A DNA stretch of 60,000 nt from Callorhinchus milii (Eukaryota), in contig NW_024704743.1 in NCBI RefSeq assembly GCF_018977255.1, positions 57,538,001 to 57,598,000 of the forward strand, in the 5' to 3' direction. Shown piece by piece: positions 40,001 to 52,134 of the stretch. Position 1 is the stretch's first letter; each line of letters begins with the position of its first letter. The notes under the pieces were generated by a model. It saw only the letters and a list, made by a program, of their open reading frames with translations, did not search any database and was not told where the DNA came from. The translations under genes were made by a program, and so were the position numbers.

Positions 40001-41554
40001 TGTGATGGGAGGATGATAGGGTGAGTATTCTGGAAGTGGAAATCCCGGGGAGGAGGCAAGGGGTTATAAATGTGTTTTTGCTCCAGTTTGAAGCTACCTG
40101 AAGGGAGTTGAATGAACATATCACACTGCAGCTCTTTCAGGAGATGTGTGATATAAGGGTAACGTGACATTTTTCTAAGCAAGCAGAGAGTACCTCACCG
40201 TGGACTTTTACATATAGTGATTCCTTCATGAGTGTGGCAGACCCATAACTCACAAGTGCTGCAGGTGCCTGTGAGTGATGTAGGTCTCTCATGCATGTGA
40301 AAGAACAACATATTCAGTGATCCCATGTGACTTATTCCATTTATTCTGTCGCGTTTCTGTGTTTTAACAGTTCTGTTTAGCAGTGGTCACTAGCATATAC
40401 ACATTGGAGATGCGTTACTTCACTGACCTGAATTATTGATTTTTAATTTAACTTGTATAAACCAACACTTCAATCAGTCTGTGATCCCACAGCGTGGAAT
40501 ACATTTTGGAGTCAAAATTGTGGTATTCTGAAACACATTTTTTTTCTTATTTAAAATGCGTTTTGAAATAACCTGCTTGCTTTCTGAATAATGAGAGGTA
40601 TCTGAAAAGCTTGGGGTGCTATTTGATAAATCAGATCTGAAAGTGACAAAGCTATGAATGAGAGTCTTTGCACATTTGGATGTAAAGAAGAAATACAGGC
40701 AGTGGTAAAATTGTGGAAATGTGGTATGGATCAGAGAATCAGCGGAGGAAAGAGAGCTGAGGATTGAATTGAACTTGGGTTCTGAATTATTTTTGAAAAT
40801 GGATGTTCTGAGCTTAATCAAAGAATACTGGGCTATCTCAATCTGAATAAGACCTGAGAGATAAAATTGGACAAGACAGAAGCTAACCTCCACAGCTCCT
40901 GCCAATTCCTCCTTGTTTCCTCAACCCTCACAACCTCTCTCACCAGCTCACTGAACTCTCTTCTCTTCCTCACATGTAATCTCTAATCAGAACCACATTT
41001 CTGCCACTTTGCCCCTCCGCATCCTATCTCATGCCTAATTCTACCAAGACCCTCAATCATGTTTCAACCTCTCCATCTCGCTCCATTTGTATGTTCAAAA
41101 GCCTTCAGAAACCTAACTATGACTGTGGCTCTAGTCACCATCCTCATTCTCCCACTATCCGTCTCCTTCTCAGTGTTTGTCAATGACTAACTTCAGACAT
41201 TTTGTTGGCCTGCCAATCAGAGGCATTACTAACTTTACTCTGTATTTTTTGTTGGGTGAAGATGATATCTAGCAATTCAATGCCATGATCTGCAGACTGG
41301 TACTTCAATGCACAACTTAGGTTCTGGACCCAACCGCTGTGACATGGAGGTGAATGGTCATGTACTCATGCACCAGACAATAAATTGACAAGCTGTATTT
41401 TTCAAAGATTTAGGGAATAAATGATTTCAGGGTATTTGAGGGATTATTTTATGCTAAATCATAGATTGCGCAGAGAAATAAGAGAGATATATTTTTCATC
41501 CAATGTTCTCCCTTTTTCCTCTCTTCCTCTTCTGTTACTTTGCTTATTTTTTCA

Positions 41555-41669
41555 AATAATAATAATAATAATCCTTGAATTTGATATAGCGCTTTTCACG
41601 TCGGGAGGACGTCCCAAAGCGCTTCACAGAATACACTGTAAAGTGAATTGACTGTATGTTTGTGGGCAA
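41555..41669 (-). mobile_element. 5'-truncated young SINE tail
   Basis: (aat)n ccttgaatttgatatagcgcttttcacgtcgggaggacgtcccaaagcgc. Confidence 0.9.
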
Positions 41670-41714
41670 CCCTCCTCATTGGCTTCCTCATGTACAATTC
41701 CCTTCATCAATCCC

Positions 41715-42012
41715 CACTATCTCACCCAAATGGCCATTTTTGTATGAACTTAGACAATGAAAAGTCAAAGGATACTTAACCAGGTGAGTTGGAGTCACTG
41801 TTCTTTCCCAATAATCCCATTCTTTCCCAATAGACGCAAAGTACAGTTTCCAGCAGGTCAATGGTTGTTTGGCCTGAAGGCACTGACTCTAATTGTAGCT
41901 CATGCTCCCCCACGCCTCTTTGGCTGAGGTAGATGGGGAATTGAACCTGGGACTGGTCCTGTGTGCAAGGCTCAACCGTTGACAAATGGCACCATTTACT
42001 CAGTGAGCCATG
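41715..42012 (-). mobile_element. AmnSINE2-like element
   Basis: ctcacccaaatggccattttt..ttagacaatg matches the recalled AmnSINE2 (rc CTCGCCCAAGTGGCCATTCTTC..CTAGACAGTG); tRNA-like head ggggaattgaacctgggac. Confidence 0.6.
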
Positions 42013-42366
42013 AAGTGAAGTGGAAAACTTTGCAAACAGATCAGGGAGTTTGCAAGTATGGCATTTTTCCCTTGGTGTATTGTTGTTTTATCATGCTTCC
42101 CACATGTCAGTATAGTTACCAAAGCTGGTGTGTTCAGTATGAATCAGCGCAAACCACCTACTGACAGCACCTAGGGAACCTGTGACTGGGCGGAGGTGAA
42201 AATGGTAAACTGACTGAGTGCCACAAAATGGCATGAATCATGCACAAACAACATTTAGCAGAGCCACAAAGGCAATGGGATAGCACCTTATCTAACCTTA
42301 AAATCTGTGCTCCTCTTAAATATATAACATGGACACTAATAATAAATTGATTAAAGTGATGCAGGT

Positions 42367-43072
42367 ACCAGCCTGGTTCAAACAGTAGCACGCTCGCCTC
42401 TGAGTCACGAGGTTGTGGGTTCGAGCCCCATGTCAGGAATTTGAACTTGCAATCTAGGCTTACGGTCAGTGCAGTGCTGGGTGGGGTGGGGAGTTCCTGC
42501 AATGTAGAAGGTGCATTGTAGGGTGAGACATTAAACCACAGCCATTTTGCTTGTTCAGGAGGATGTTATAGATCCCGTAGCATTGCTTTTAAAAGATAAA
42601 GGAGTTTCGCCAACAACAATAATAATTATTGCATTTGATTTAGTGCTTCAGCACGTCATCAAGACTTCTCAAAGCGTTTCACACAATTTTATTGTAAAGT
42701 GCAATGACTATGTATTTATAGGTAAATGTGGCAGCAATGACAGCATAACACTGTTGCACAAACAGCCAAGGAAGGAGTGATCAATTTTATTTGGGGAATT
42801 GTTGGCCAGGACATTGGGAGAAACTCCCTTGACTTTTTGAATAGTACCATGGGATCTTTAACATTCACCTGAACAGGTAGAAATGATGATCTTCCAAATA
42901 TGTTTTAAAATATCATTCACTTCATGGTTCTTTGTGGAACATTATCATTCACAAATTGGCTGCTGTATTTGCCTATAAATACAGTCCCTATACTTTACAG
43001 TATATTCTGTGAAGCACTCCAAGAAACCCTCCCAAGTGAAAGGTGCTATATCAAAAGTAAGGATTATTATCA
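42367..43072. mobile_element. Deu-SINE (+) interrupted by an inverted Deu-SINE (about 42615-42880, -)
   Basis: Head and core at 42367-42612, an opposite-strand tail-to-core segment, then the + strand tail at about 42900-43072. Confidence 0.75.
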
Positions 43073-44599
43073 TATTATTTGCATTTTGTATAACATACTG
43101 TGCTACTTCATTCTAAAATGTTATCCCTAGTTTTGCATCTTCGAGAATAGTTACCGGCGACAGTATATGTAGAACTGGTCTGAATAATCATTTAAAATAT
43201 ATAACCAATTATTCAGGTTTTGTATAGATGGAAGTCTGCTAATTGACATCAATCCCAGAAAGTAGTTTTTGTTTTCACATTTAACATCTGAGCAATTGAA
43301 ATATGTTTATCAATTGATGGAGCCACTTCTGCATAAAACCCTCTGAAGGATGGAGCAACAACCACATCTCTTTCCAACATATGTTTGATGTTTTATCAGC
43401 TATTTCCCCCACCTTCCCTTCCGTTTGTTACTATTATCTGTGAAGCTTTTCCATATGTTCTTATTACAGTGTTTCCTATCACTGAAGATGCTGACATTGG
43501 TTGTTTCCCAATGTCCACGTTGTTCCTAGTTTGTTATTATTCCCACCAACTTTTACCATGAAGCTCTTAACTAAAATATTTCCAGCTCATTTACGTTGCA
43601 GCAATTGATTCACATTTAACCAGCCAGTCATCATGTTCACAATGCTTTTAGCCATTTGGTCCATCTCAAGATCTATCTCTTTGACCTTGTTTTCAGTCAT
43701 CCTTCCCCTCCCCACCTCTAACTCTACCCACCCGACTAACTCGGAGATGCCAAGCCAGTATTGTTAAGCACCTTAGCACGTCCTCCCGACGTGAAATATG
43801 CTATATAAATGTAAATTTGTATTCTAGTCAGCATGCATTCAATTGATCATTGCAAAAAAATCTGCAGGATATTCAGCTGTGAATGTGTGTGGGGGTGGGT
43901 TTGCATTGTGAAAACCGTTCAATTCTCAGAAAGATCAAGGTTATCTCTCGAAACTGCAGTGAACCACATTGGAATGATTGAGATTTTGTGACCCAGACTG
44001 CTACAAAATAGAGAGTGTCATTGCACAGTTGCCTGTCCCGATTAAACGAAGCTCTCAGCGTTACAGTGTTGTACAGCCTTGGAATAGCTATTGCTGGTTC
44101 GACTTAATTCTCAGTCTCTAACTGGGACACACCAAGGCTGCAGCAATACAGTTTCTCAATGCCCTTCTTTATCTGCTGATAATCTTATGATTGTTGCTTG
44201 TTTTCTGACAGCTGAGGAAAGGTAATCCACACGTGCTTATCTGGGGTGATCATATGGACACACTGCCAGCCTTCCTGAGCCTTTAATTCCCTCTTAGAGG
44301 TGAAAAGTGGAAGATAAACAAAAAAAAATGAATGTGCAGCATCCTCACTGCTAATTTGCTGCGGTGTCAGAATACGTAACCAGGCTGTGAGTGGGAATTA
44401 TATGATCAATGCATTTTAATCTAATACATGTGAAAAGGCTGGATGAGGGGAGGGTTGAAAAATGACAGCCCTCCCAGGGGGACGGTCCCTGGAAATCCTT
44501 CCCCCTACATTTGAGTTTCTGGGAGGTGCAGGTGCAGACACGCACTTGCTATGTGCCTTTACCACATGCTTATGGGTGCAGAAAGCATCATTATGCAGC

Positions 44600-45048
44600 A
44601 TATCGAGACAGTGGCATTACAGGGTTTGCTTCTTTCCCTCTCTCTGTGCAGCTGGTGTGAATTGCCCCAGTGACTGACTGCTGCCGCAGACAAGACCCGA
44701 GTGACCCACTGTATCAGCCAGAGCCCCATGTGGACAGCTGCTTGACTCAGCTGATGGAAACCTGCCGCTAGCCACACACTGACTGCCAGGAGGGAAAACA
44801 AAAAGAGCTTCTGCACTTCAGGTCTTTATTGTTTGCTGATGACAGACATCTCATTTTCGCACTTCAGGCAGGCAACCTCCCCGGGAAGAGCCTCCTGCAT
44901 GCAGAGCGTGTGAGACTGTCCCATCAAAAGGGGAATATAAAGTGAAGACAAGAAAGAAGCATTGCTACCAGGGAAAGGGGTTACAATATCCTTTGTCTGC
45001 GGAACTGGAGTAACACTGAAGCAAGCAGCCCCTGCTGTGTCTGGAGCT
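44600..45048 (+). promoter_or_regulatory. Probable promoter and 5' UTR of THSD7A
   Basis: Repeat-free, GC-enriched stretch directly upstream of the ATG. TATAAA at 44936-44941. AP-1 motif TGACTCA at 44743-44749, with CAGCTG E-boxes at 44735-44740 and (overlapping it) 44748-44753. Confidence 0.45.
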
Positions 45049-45208
45049 ATGAGACTAAGGAGAACACGCACCACTTCTTTCAGATGTTCAAAGAACTGTG
45101 CTCTCTCAGCACAACACTTTGGTGTGGTGTTAGCCCTGGCCTTTGGGATCTGGGATGTTAAGGCACAAGCAGAAGAAGAGTTTCAGTCTGTATATGTGTG
45201 GCGACCAG
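45049..45208 (+). CDS. THSD7A: First coding exon (signal peptide and start of first TSP1 repeat) of thrombospondin type-1 domain-containing 7, probably THSD7A; the gene continues beyond the window
   Basis: ATG at 45049 is the first in-frame ATG after a TAA at 44938. Translation: MRLRRTRTTSFRCSKNCALSAQHFGVVLALAFGIWDVKAQAEEEFQSVYVWRP-G, then CAG|GTAGGA donor (phase 1, inside Gly). Human THSD7A (..TLYLWKT-G) and THSD7B (..QFIWKP-G) end their first coding exon at this Gly. FGIWDVKAQ resembles the recalled zebrafish Thsd7aa FGLWDVQTQ, which favours 7A. Exon 2 (GPWGRC..) is not in the window. Confidence 0.75.
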
Positions 45209-45459
45209 GTAGGACAAATGCACAAAAAAAGGGTCCTCAATCAATCATTTTTGAACTGGATTGCAAATGATGATGTTTTTAACTGATGGCTTTTACGGTG
45301 ATTTTTTTTTTCTCGGATTGTTCCCCTTGGGAGACTTTTACTATGTATTGTTTGAAAACAAATGTGGTGGACGTGGGAGGGGAGGAAGGTGTAAAACAAA
45401 ATATGTATTTTTTTTTACTTTGTGTCTTCACTGTCAGATCCCTACTGCTACCACCCACC

Positions 45460-45864
45460 GAGACAGTTAGTGTAGGGATGGACTGAGACAGTTAGTGCAG
45501 GGATGGACTGAGACAGTTAGTGCAGGGATGGATTGAGACAGTTAGTGTAGGGATGGACTGAGACAGTTAGTGTAGGGATGGACTGAGACAGTTAGTGTAG
45601 GGATGGACTGAGACAGTTAGTGTAGGGATGGACTGAGACAGTTAGTGCAGGGATGGACTGAGACAGTTAGTGCAGGGATGGACTGAGACAGTTAGTGCAG
45701 GGATGGACTGAGACAGTTAGTGTAGGGATGGACTGAGACAGTTAGTGTAGGGATGGACTGAGACAGTTAGTGTAGGGATGGACTGAGACAGTTAGTGTAG
45801 GGATGGACTGAGACAGTTAGTGCAGGGATGGACTGAGACAGTTAGTGTAGGGATGGACTGAGAC
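45460..45864. repeat. Minisatellite of 16.2 x 25 bp (GAGACAGTTAGTGYAGGGATGGACT)
   Basis: Read directly. Units start at 45460+25n; the only differences are one C/T position and a single gact>gatt change. No spacers. Confidence 0.98.
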
Positions 45865-48549
45865 CGAAGGTATCTCAGTGACTCGTGTCTAACCCTCCTC
45901 AGTGAGCAAACAGAGGGAAGTCTTGTTTCTCTGGAGCAGGACTGGTCCTGATGTGTGCTTTTCCCCTCTCTGAGACTGAAAGCGGTGTCCCTAGAAAGTG
46001 CTCCATCCAGCAGCCCAAGCAGGAGCTGGCACCAACATGCCCACAGACAGAAAACAGTGAGGTTTGAACGATCCCAGTGACTGAGATTTTGGTCTTGAAC
46101 TCCCAGAGAAGGGAATCTGGCACTCAAATCAGCAAAGCCGCCGAGCAATACATCCCTGTGTGTCTTTCCCTTGTTTTTTTTCCAAAGGGGATTATTGAAG
46201 CATTTGCAGGATTAGTTACCTGCATGTGCTGGTGAGCATCTCGTATGTCGAGCCAGAAATAATGGGAAGATTTGTAATTCAGCTTCAAGGAGCAAAGCGT
46301 CGGATCGGGTGTGAGTGAGTGTCCTGTGCACTGTTGTGAAGTTCCCCTGTATTACTTGCTGAGATCATGGCTTAGGCTCCCGTATCAAATAAGCATTCAG
46401 ATGGGGATCGGGAACCAGAGAGAATCAGTTTGCACACTGCATGAAAAACCACTCTTAGCAAATTAGGACTTTGCTTTGAGAGATTTCAAACTTCGGAGTT
46501 TCCCAATCCAGTGCCTTGGGACGTCCTCCCGACGTGAAAGACGCTATAGTAAAACGCTGTTGGTGTTTGCTGGCATCTCAGCACACTGGCTGATCAGTTT
46601 ACAATCTGGTTGATGCCTTGGGTTTCTAAACAGGCTGCAGCTCGCCAGCAGCTCACACAGAGTCTGATGTAGTAGTGTCTCTTTTGCCCAATGCTGTGAT
46701 CAGTTCAGTGTTATAACCAGTCTGCAATACAGGATAAACCAAGCACTGGGTCTCTGTTTTCTGATTACCCCAAATAACAGGATGATCACAGAGTTGCAAA
46801 GGGGTCTGCAATGCATTGGAGAACGATTCCCATGGGTTGGATCAGTGTGACATCCTTCTGGTTATCATAAGGAATCTTCCATTTGCGACTCTTGAGTGCT
46901 TCTATAAGGAATCCTGTTCGAAATTGTCACTGTATGGAGATCATTAATGCATAGCAATGTGCTGACTTTCATAGGAATGAGGAATTCTGTACTCCTGCCA
47001 GAGATGTGTGCTGGGAGCAAAAGCCTCAACATGTTCAGTTTGTGGAATGAGCATTTAAACAAATTAGGACTTTGCTTTGAGAAATTTAAAACTTCAGAGC
47101 CTCCCATAATCCATATTGTGAGATCAAAAGTCGGCAGATCAGTGAGATAATGTTGAGATTCACCAGCAACCAGGTCCTGTCTGGTCTGGTCTTGCCTTAA
47201 ACACACACACCACCCAGAAAAACACCATAAAAATATCTACAAGCCAAGAAACAAGTAATGAAAAATATAACGTCACTGTTATTTACCTGGTTACGTACCA
47301 GTTGCAACCCCAGCCATCATTTGAGATGTGAGAAAAGGCTATGTTTTGCCTCCTCCTCTTCCCTTCTATAGCCAATTATTTTAAAGGGACAGGCCACCCG
47401 AAAGAAATCCCAATTCAGACAATATTACACTTTTAGAGTAATCCAATTTGCCTCAGTTTGGGTTGTCACTTCAGATTAGTGCTCATCCCTGTTGGATATA
47501 GGACCTTCTCTTTCTTGGGTCAAGAATCTACTTATGCTTATACTACCTCTTTAATTTGGCACATAATACTATTTCTACTTACATCATTAACAGTAAAAAT
47601 TATAATTGTTTCAATTTGGTGAAGGTGATAAAGAAAAGGCAGGCGATGGATTAAACATTTTACTTATAGGCTGCACTTCACTTCTGGCGATGGTGACTTC
47701 CAGGCTGTACCCAAACACATAACCTATCTCGCACTTTGTCACTGAGCTAGAAATAGGTATAACCCAGCAAATAGTGTGCTGTGCCCTGCCCAAATAAATA
47801 AGCACGAGTAAACTGAGCAGGTTGAACTGGGAATGGTTGTGTTTCGCTAGAATTGGCAACATTTAAAAATCAGTTCTTGTGCACCACAAAGCCAATTTGA
47901 AGGGTCTAAAATTTCTTAGATATTTATTTTAGTTTTATAAAGAAATTTCAGAAGTACACTAAATACCTATTAGTATTCAAAAGGGCATTGTGCGCTCTCA
48001 AAAAGTCTGTGATATCTTGTTTTTTTGTGCTCATAAAGATGAGGGATGTCTTTACTGGATATAGACCATCATTTTGTATTGAGTGTTCACATCAATCGCT
48101 CAAGTCAGATTTAGTACAGGTTAGAAGCATTTACTGTAAACTAGCAATGGGCTTTAATCCTAACTTCAGAAGCATCCCTTGAGGGAGAAATTCCAACCTG
48201 GCTTTTCATTGATTTTTGCCTCTATTTAAATGGTGTTTCAGTAAGTTCTGAATTTCTTAGACAAATCTGGTTTGCTTTAAGTTTTCTTTTCAGCCCTACA
48301 GAAAACAAACTTCAATTAAGATTGAATTCAACATTTGCCAAATTCTGGATGTGTTCTAAAATGCCATGTAAATGGAGTCAATCTGGACTTGGTTAGATTT
48401 TCTCCTTCCCCCCACCTCCACCCCCCACATGCACTTTCCTATGCTTTATTAGTGACACAGTTCTGTTTCCCATACAATTGGCAGCCTTACTGTGTGGAGC
48501 TGACAATTTATTTTTCATTAGTGGTGAATTATGGGGAGTTTTATTCTGT

Positions 48550-48685
48550 GGAACCATGCCCACTGAGAACTGGGCTGTGACAGACTGAATCATTTCATTT
48601 AGGACACCTCAAGAGGCTGCATTTGAATTCAAGCCCCAGATGTACAAGGAAAAGCACACAAGCCCATTGTGTCGCACAGTTCACA
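48550..48685 (-). mobile_element. LF-SINE-like relic
   Basis: gcccactgagaactgggctgtgac..tcatttcatttaggac matches the reverse complement of the recalled LF-SINE CCTATGTGAAATGAG..TCTCAGTCCAGTTCCTAGTGG. Confidence 0.5.
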
Positions 48686-49162
48686 AAGCTCACTAATGTA
48701 TTGCTGTGTTTATATTGCACCTTTTGGAGTGAAACACCACGATTTGGCAGGGATTCATTGCCAAGCTTGCAGGATCAGTTGGGAATCAGCCAGCATCAAT
48801 AGCACTGGAGGCCTGCTCCTAACACCTCCTGGGAAGAAGTGGTAACAGGAGCAGTGAGGTTTGCCCTGCTCAAAGCTGTCATGCGGTGCATTGAGTGTCT
48901 TGGGAACTTTGAACAGGTTGCCTTTTGATGTTATTAAATGGTCGATCACAATCTTTTTTATGACATTTAAAATCAAACTGGTAGTTTGAATCTTCTAAAC
49001 AAACACGAAAGGTCCATAAAAATGCAACATTTGTATATTTAGAATAAAATAAATTGATCCTGGTCTGTGATTGAATAGTTTGAGATAAATGTTAAGATTG
49101 AACTCTCTCGCATACAGTGGACACACAAAGTGAACAAATGCAGTATAGTATATTTCAGGAAT

Positions 49163-49570
49163 AGCAGACTGGGTGTTTGCCTAGTGGTTACAAGCAGAGG
49201 TTCTGCTAGTGGATGAGCTGACTGTAACCAGGGTTCATATTTGCAAGCGATGGATAAAGTCTAAATACTGGCTACGTTCCATCTCCTAGTAACAAAGTAG
49301 AGATAGTTGGAAGGCATACAGAAAGGAGATAGTCAGCAGGGATAAGGGCACACTTCAGCAGTAATATTGACCCCAATACACTTTGTTTTCTCCTTTTTCT
49401 GCCCACACTACAGCACAAAGCTAGCAGAAGCTGATGGTATCGACAGCAGAGAGTCAGCTCCCTGGGCACCTGAGCCTTGTCACTAATGGAATGGAACTGC
49501 ATTCTGTGGGTATAATTATAGCAGTCCATGTAAGTGTCACTCATTAGGAATGACAAACACCCAGTCTGCT
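49163..49570. mobile_element. Candidate MITE or non-autonomous DNA transposon
   Basis: Perfect 17-bp inverted repeats AGCAGACTGGGTGTTTG (49163-49179) and CAAACACCCAGTCTGCT (49554-49570). Confidence 0.55.
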
Positions 49571-50347
49571 TTAAAAATGAAACCTATTTTGATGTGTGTC
49601 ATTCTTACAGAGAAACAAAGCTGCATATGCTTTGATTGGGTTGCAATACATGTCAATCTTGCTGATCACAAGTGTCACTAACGTTTGCTGATGTTGACAA
49701 CTCTGAGTCAGTGGGCCTGTTCCAATGAGCAATCACAGAGAAAATACACTGCAGAGGGAGAAAGACAACTCAGTGCATAGGCAATTCTGTGCCGGGAGCT
49801 AAACAAAATGTCCAGCACTCAGTAGTCCACACAGTGGAAATTGCTTGTTATAAGTCCTGCAATTACACCCATATGGGGAAAATTGTTATCTGTGATATGG
49901 CATGTGTTGGCTACCAGCTGACCTGGAGGAAATTCCTGTCACTGCACTAAATGTAATTTTTAACAATGCTTCAAGCAGAGAGTGTCGTCTTGTTTCACTG
50001 TAATTGTACATGGCTTTGCTGCTGTTCTCCCTCTTTTTTTGAGCTGGTTGTAATAGAAGTAGGAGTCAAAAATGCAAAGTATATTATCACTGGGGTGAGG
50101 ATGATTACATAGACCAAGCAGTTGATAGCCAATAATTATCATTTGAGAATTTTCCCCCTCACCCACCTCCCCAAGCCAGTGTAACATTTGAGTACTTGTG
50201 TCCGTTTCGTTGGTTGATGTGAGAATTATCACTGCTCATAATATCACGCATCACATAATCTTTGCATTTAATATACAATATCACCTTATCTCACTGTTCA
50301 AATGTCTCAAGATGCTTTGCAGAATTTAAAGTGTAGTAACTATCACA

Positions 50348-50625
50348 ATCAATACAAAATTACATTTGTATAGCAACGTTCAGATCAGGAGGATGTCCCA
50401 AGGCACTGGACAGTCAGGGATTTGGATCTGAGCTGGGGGTTGGGATCGGAGGGAGTGGAGGGCAGGGTGTGAAGGAGGGAGGTCGAAGGCTTGGTCTAAG
50501 AGGAGGGTTTTAAGATGTGAAGGAGGCAAGGGAGAGTGCAAGGCGAAGAGAATGTGGGATGGATTTCCAGAGGCTGGGGGCAGAGAGGCTGAAGGCCCAA
50601 TCGCCGATAGTGGGTCCGGCCGGGC
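50348..50625 (-). mobile_element. L2 3' end
   Basis: Reverse complement is similar to 56080-56380; ends cttgggacatcctcctgatctgaacgttgctatacaaatgtaattttgtattg. Confidence 0.85.
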
Positions 50626-50739
50626 GGGGGACAGATGCAGCAACCAATTTCCACACACCAATGTCCAACAAATAGCCTTGAAGTCAATGACCAATTTTGT
50701 CTGGAGAATTGTTTATCAAGACACCAGGAGAAAAACCCT

Positions 50740-51075
50740 TCCCATGTTGGGACTTTGAACTCATTGTCTAGGCAGACACTCCAGTGCAATGCTGTGGGTG
50801 TGCTGCATTGTCAAATGTGCTGTCCTTTGGATGAGATGTCAAAACCTGTTCAGGTGGAAGTTAAAGAAGTTAACGTTAAAGATCCCATTGCATTATTCAA
50901 AAAAGAGAAAGTAATTCCTTCCTTGCTTCCTGGCTATCTAATAACATTTGTCATTCACTTTGTGGCTGCTTATGGGACATTGCTGTGCACAAATTGGCTG
51001 CCATATTCACCTACAAAATACACTTTACAAAAAGTGATGTGATAAGGCATTACATCAGATACAAGGATTATTATG
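50740..51075 (+). mobile_element. Deu-domain SINE, 5'-truncated
   Basis: ctaggcagacactccagtgc..ggatgagatgtc..aaagatcccattgc and tail. Confidence 0.8.
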
Positions 51076-52134
51076 AATATCTGCTTTAGTATACAGTAGC
51101 CAAATTCTATCTAAGAATCCATTTGAGAATCTGCTTAACAAATTTCATTTCTTTGCTAATTTAGAAAATGGCATTAAGCCTTATTTGTTCTGTAAATTAG
51201 GATTCTTTTAAATAGATTCGGGTTTAAATTAAGTTTAGACAGGTTTCTATTACTCATGTCTTGAGAGAACCAATATGCTCCCGAAAATATCTGTGTGCAG
51301 CTCATAATTTAAACTATTCCATATAAAGTATTGGAATAATATTAGGGACAGGGTCTGGTGTGCAAAGCAGTGTGCAGGACTATGAAGTAGGGCAGCAATT
51401 CTTTAACTGCTTATGGCTTTTTCTGCTAACCTTCGCCTATAAAACACTATATTTTTCTGTAAATTCCTGTGAAGTGCTTTGAGATGTCCTCCTGACGTGA
51501 AAGGTGCAATATCAAACCCAAGAATTATGACTATTATGATATCAAATATCATCACCAATTTCAGTAGTTCCTGATAAATAACTTCTATTCCCTTCTCCCT
51601 CATGTGTCAATCTAGCTTCCTTATAAATGTATTTATACTATCTGCTTCAACCACCAAGTTCGGCAGTGAGTTCCACATTTTCAACTCCACATGAAGGAAT
51701 TTCTCCTAAACTTTATAATCATTATTTATTATCCAGTACTTCGAGACGCTATTGTCGATGAAGGGTGCTATATAAAGTAGGTTGTTGTTGTTTATTTTAT
51801 TGGTGAAATTCTGTCAAAGATTCAAAAATTTAATTTTAGACATGTCGTTATTGCAGCACAGGCAAAACTTTGCAGCCACTGACCACAATTTGGGATTAAA
51901 AATATAATTTCAAAGCAGATTTGATTTTATCAAGTCGATCTTGACTGTGATGTATTAGAGGATTTAAGTGAGGGGATTTACATCCATGTCAGAAAAAGGA
52001 AACGTCTGTTAAAGGCAATGTTAGATAATACTGCTTACAGAAAATGATAATGCTTCTGACAGCTCTCGAAATCTGAATGATCAAAATAAATAATTAAATA
52101 AGACAAATCATTTAACCCTTCACTCATCCATGTT

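Noticed and set aside
1..44000. Exons of the expected upstream neighbour TMEM106B or other genes
   Set aside because: I found no recognisable peptide with splice sites; a very short or divergent exon could have been missed.
44962..45270. 102-aa single-exon ORF as listed in the track
   Set aside because: It starts at TTG and runs past the splice donor; only 45049-45208 is supported.
45460..45864. CRISPR-like array
   Set aside because: Units are head-to-tail with no unique spacers, there are no cas genes, and the context is vertebrate. It is a minisatellite.
47670..47790. Harbinger HTH-like motif (LHF.A.GDFQ..GITQ)
   Set aside because: It needs several indels and the spacing is wrong, so it cannot be told apart from chance.
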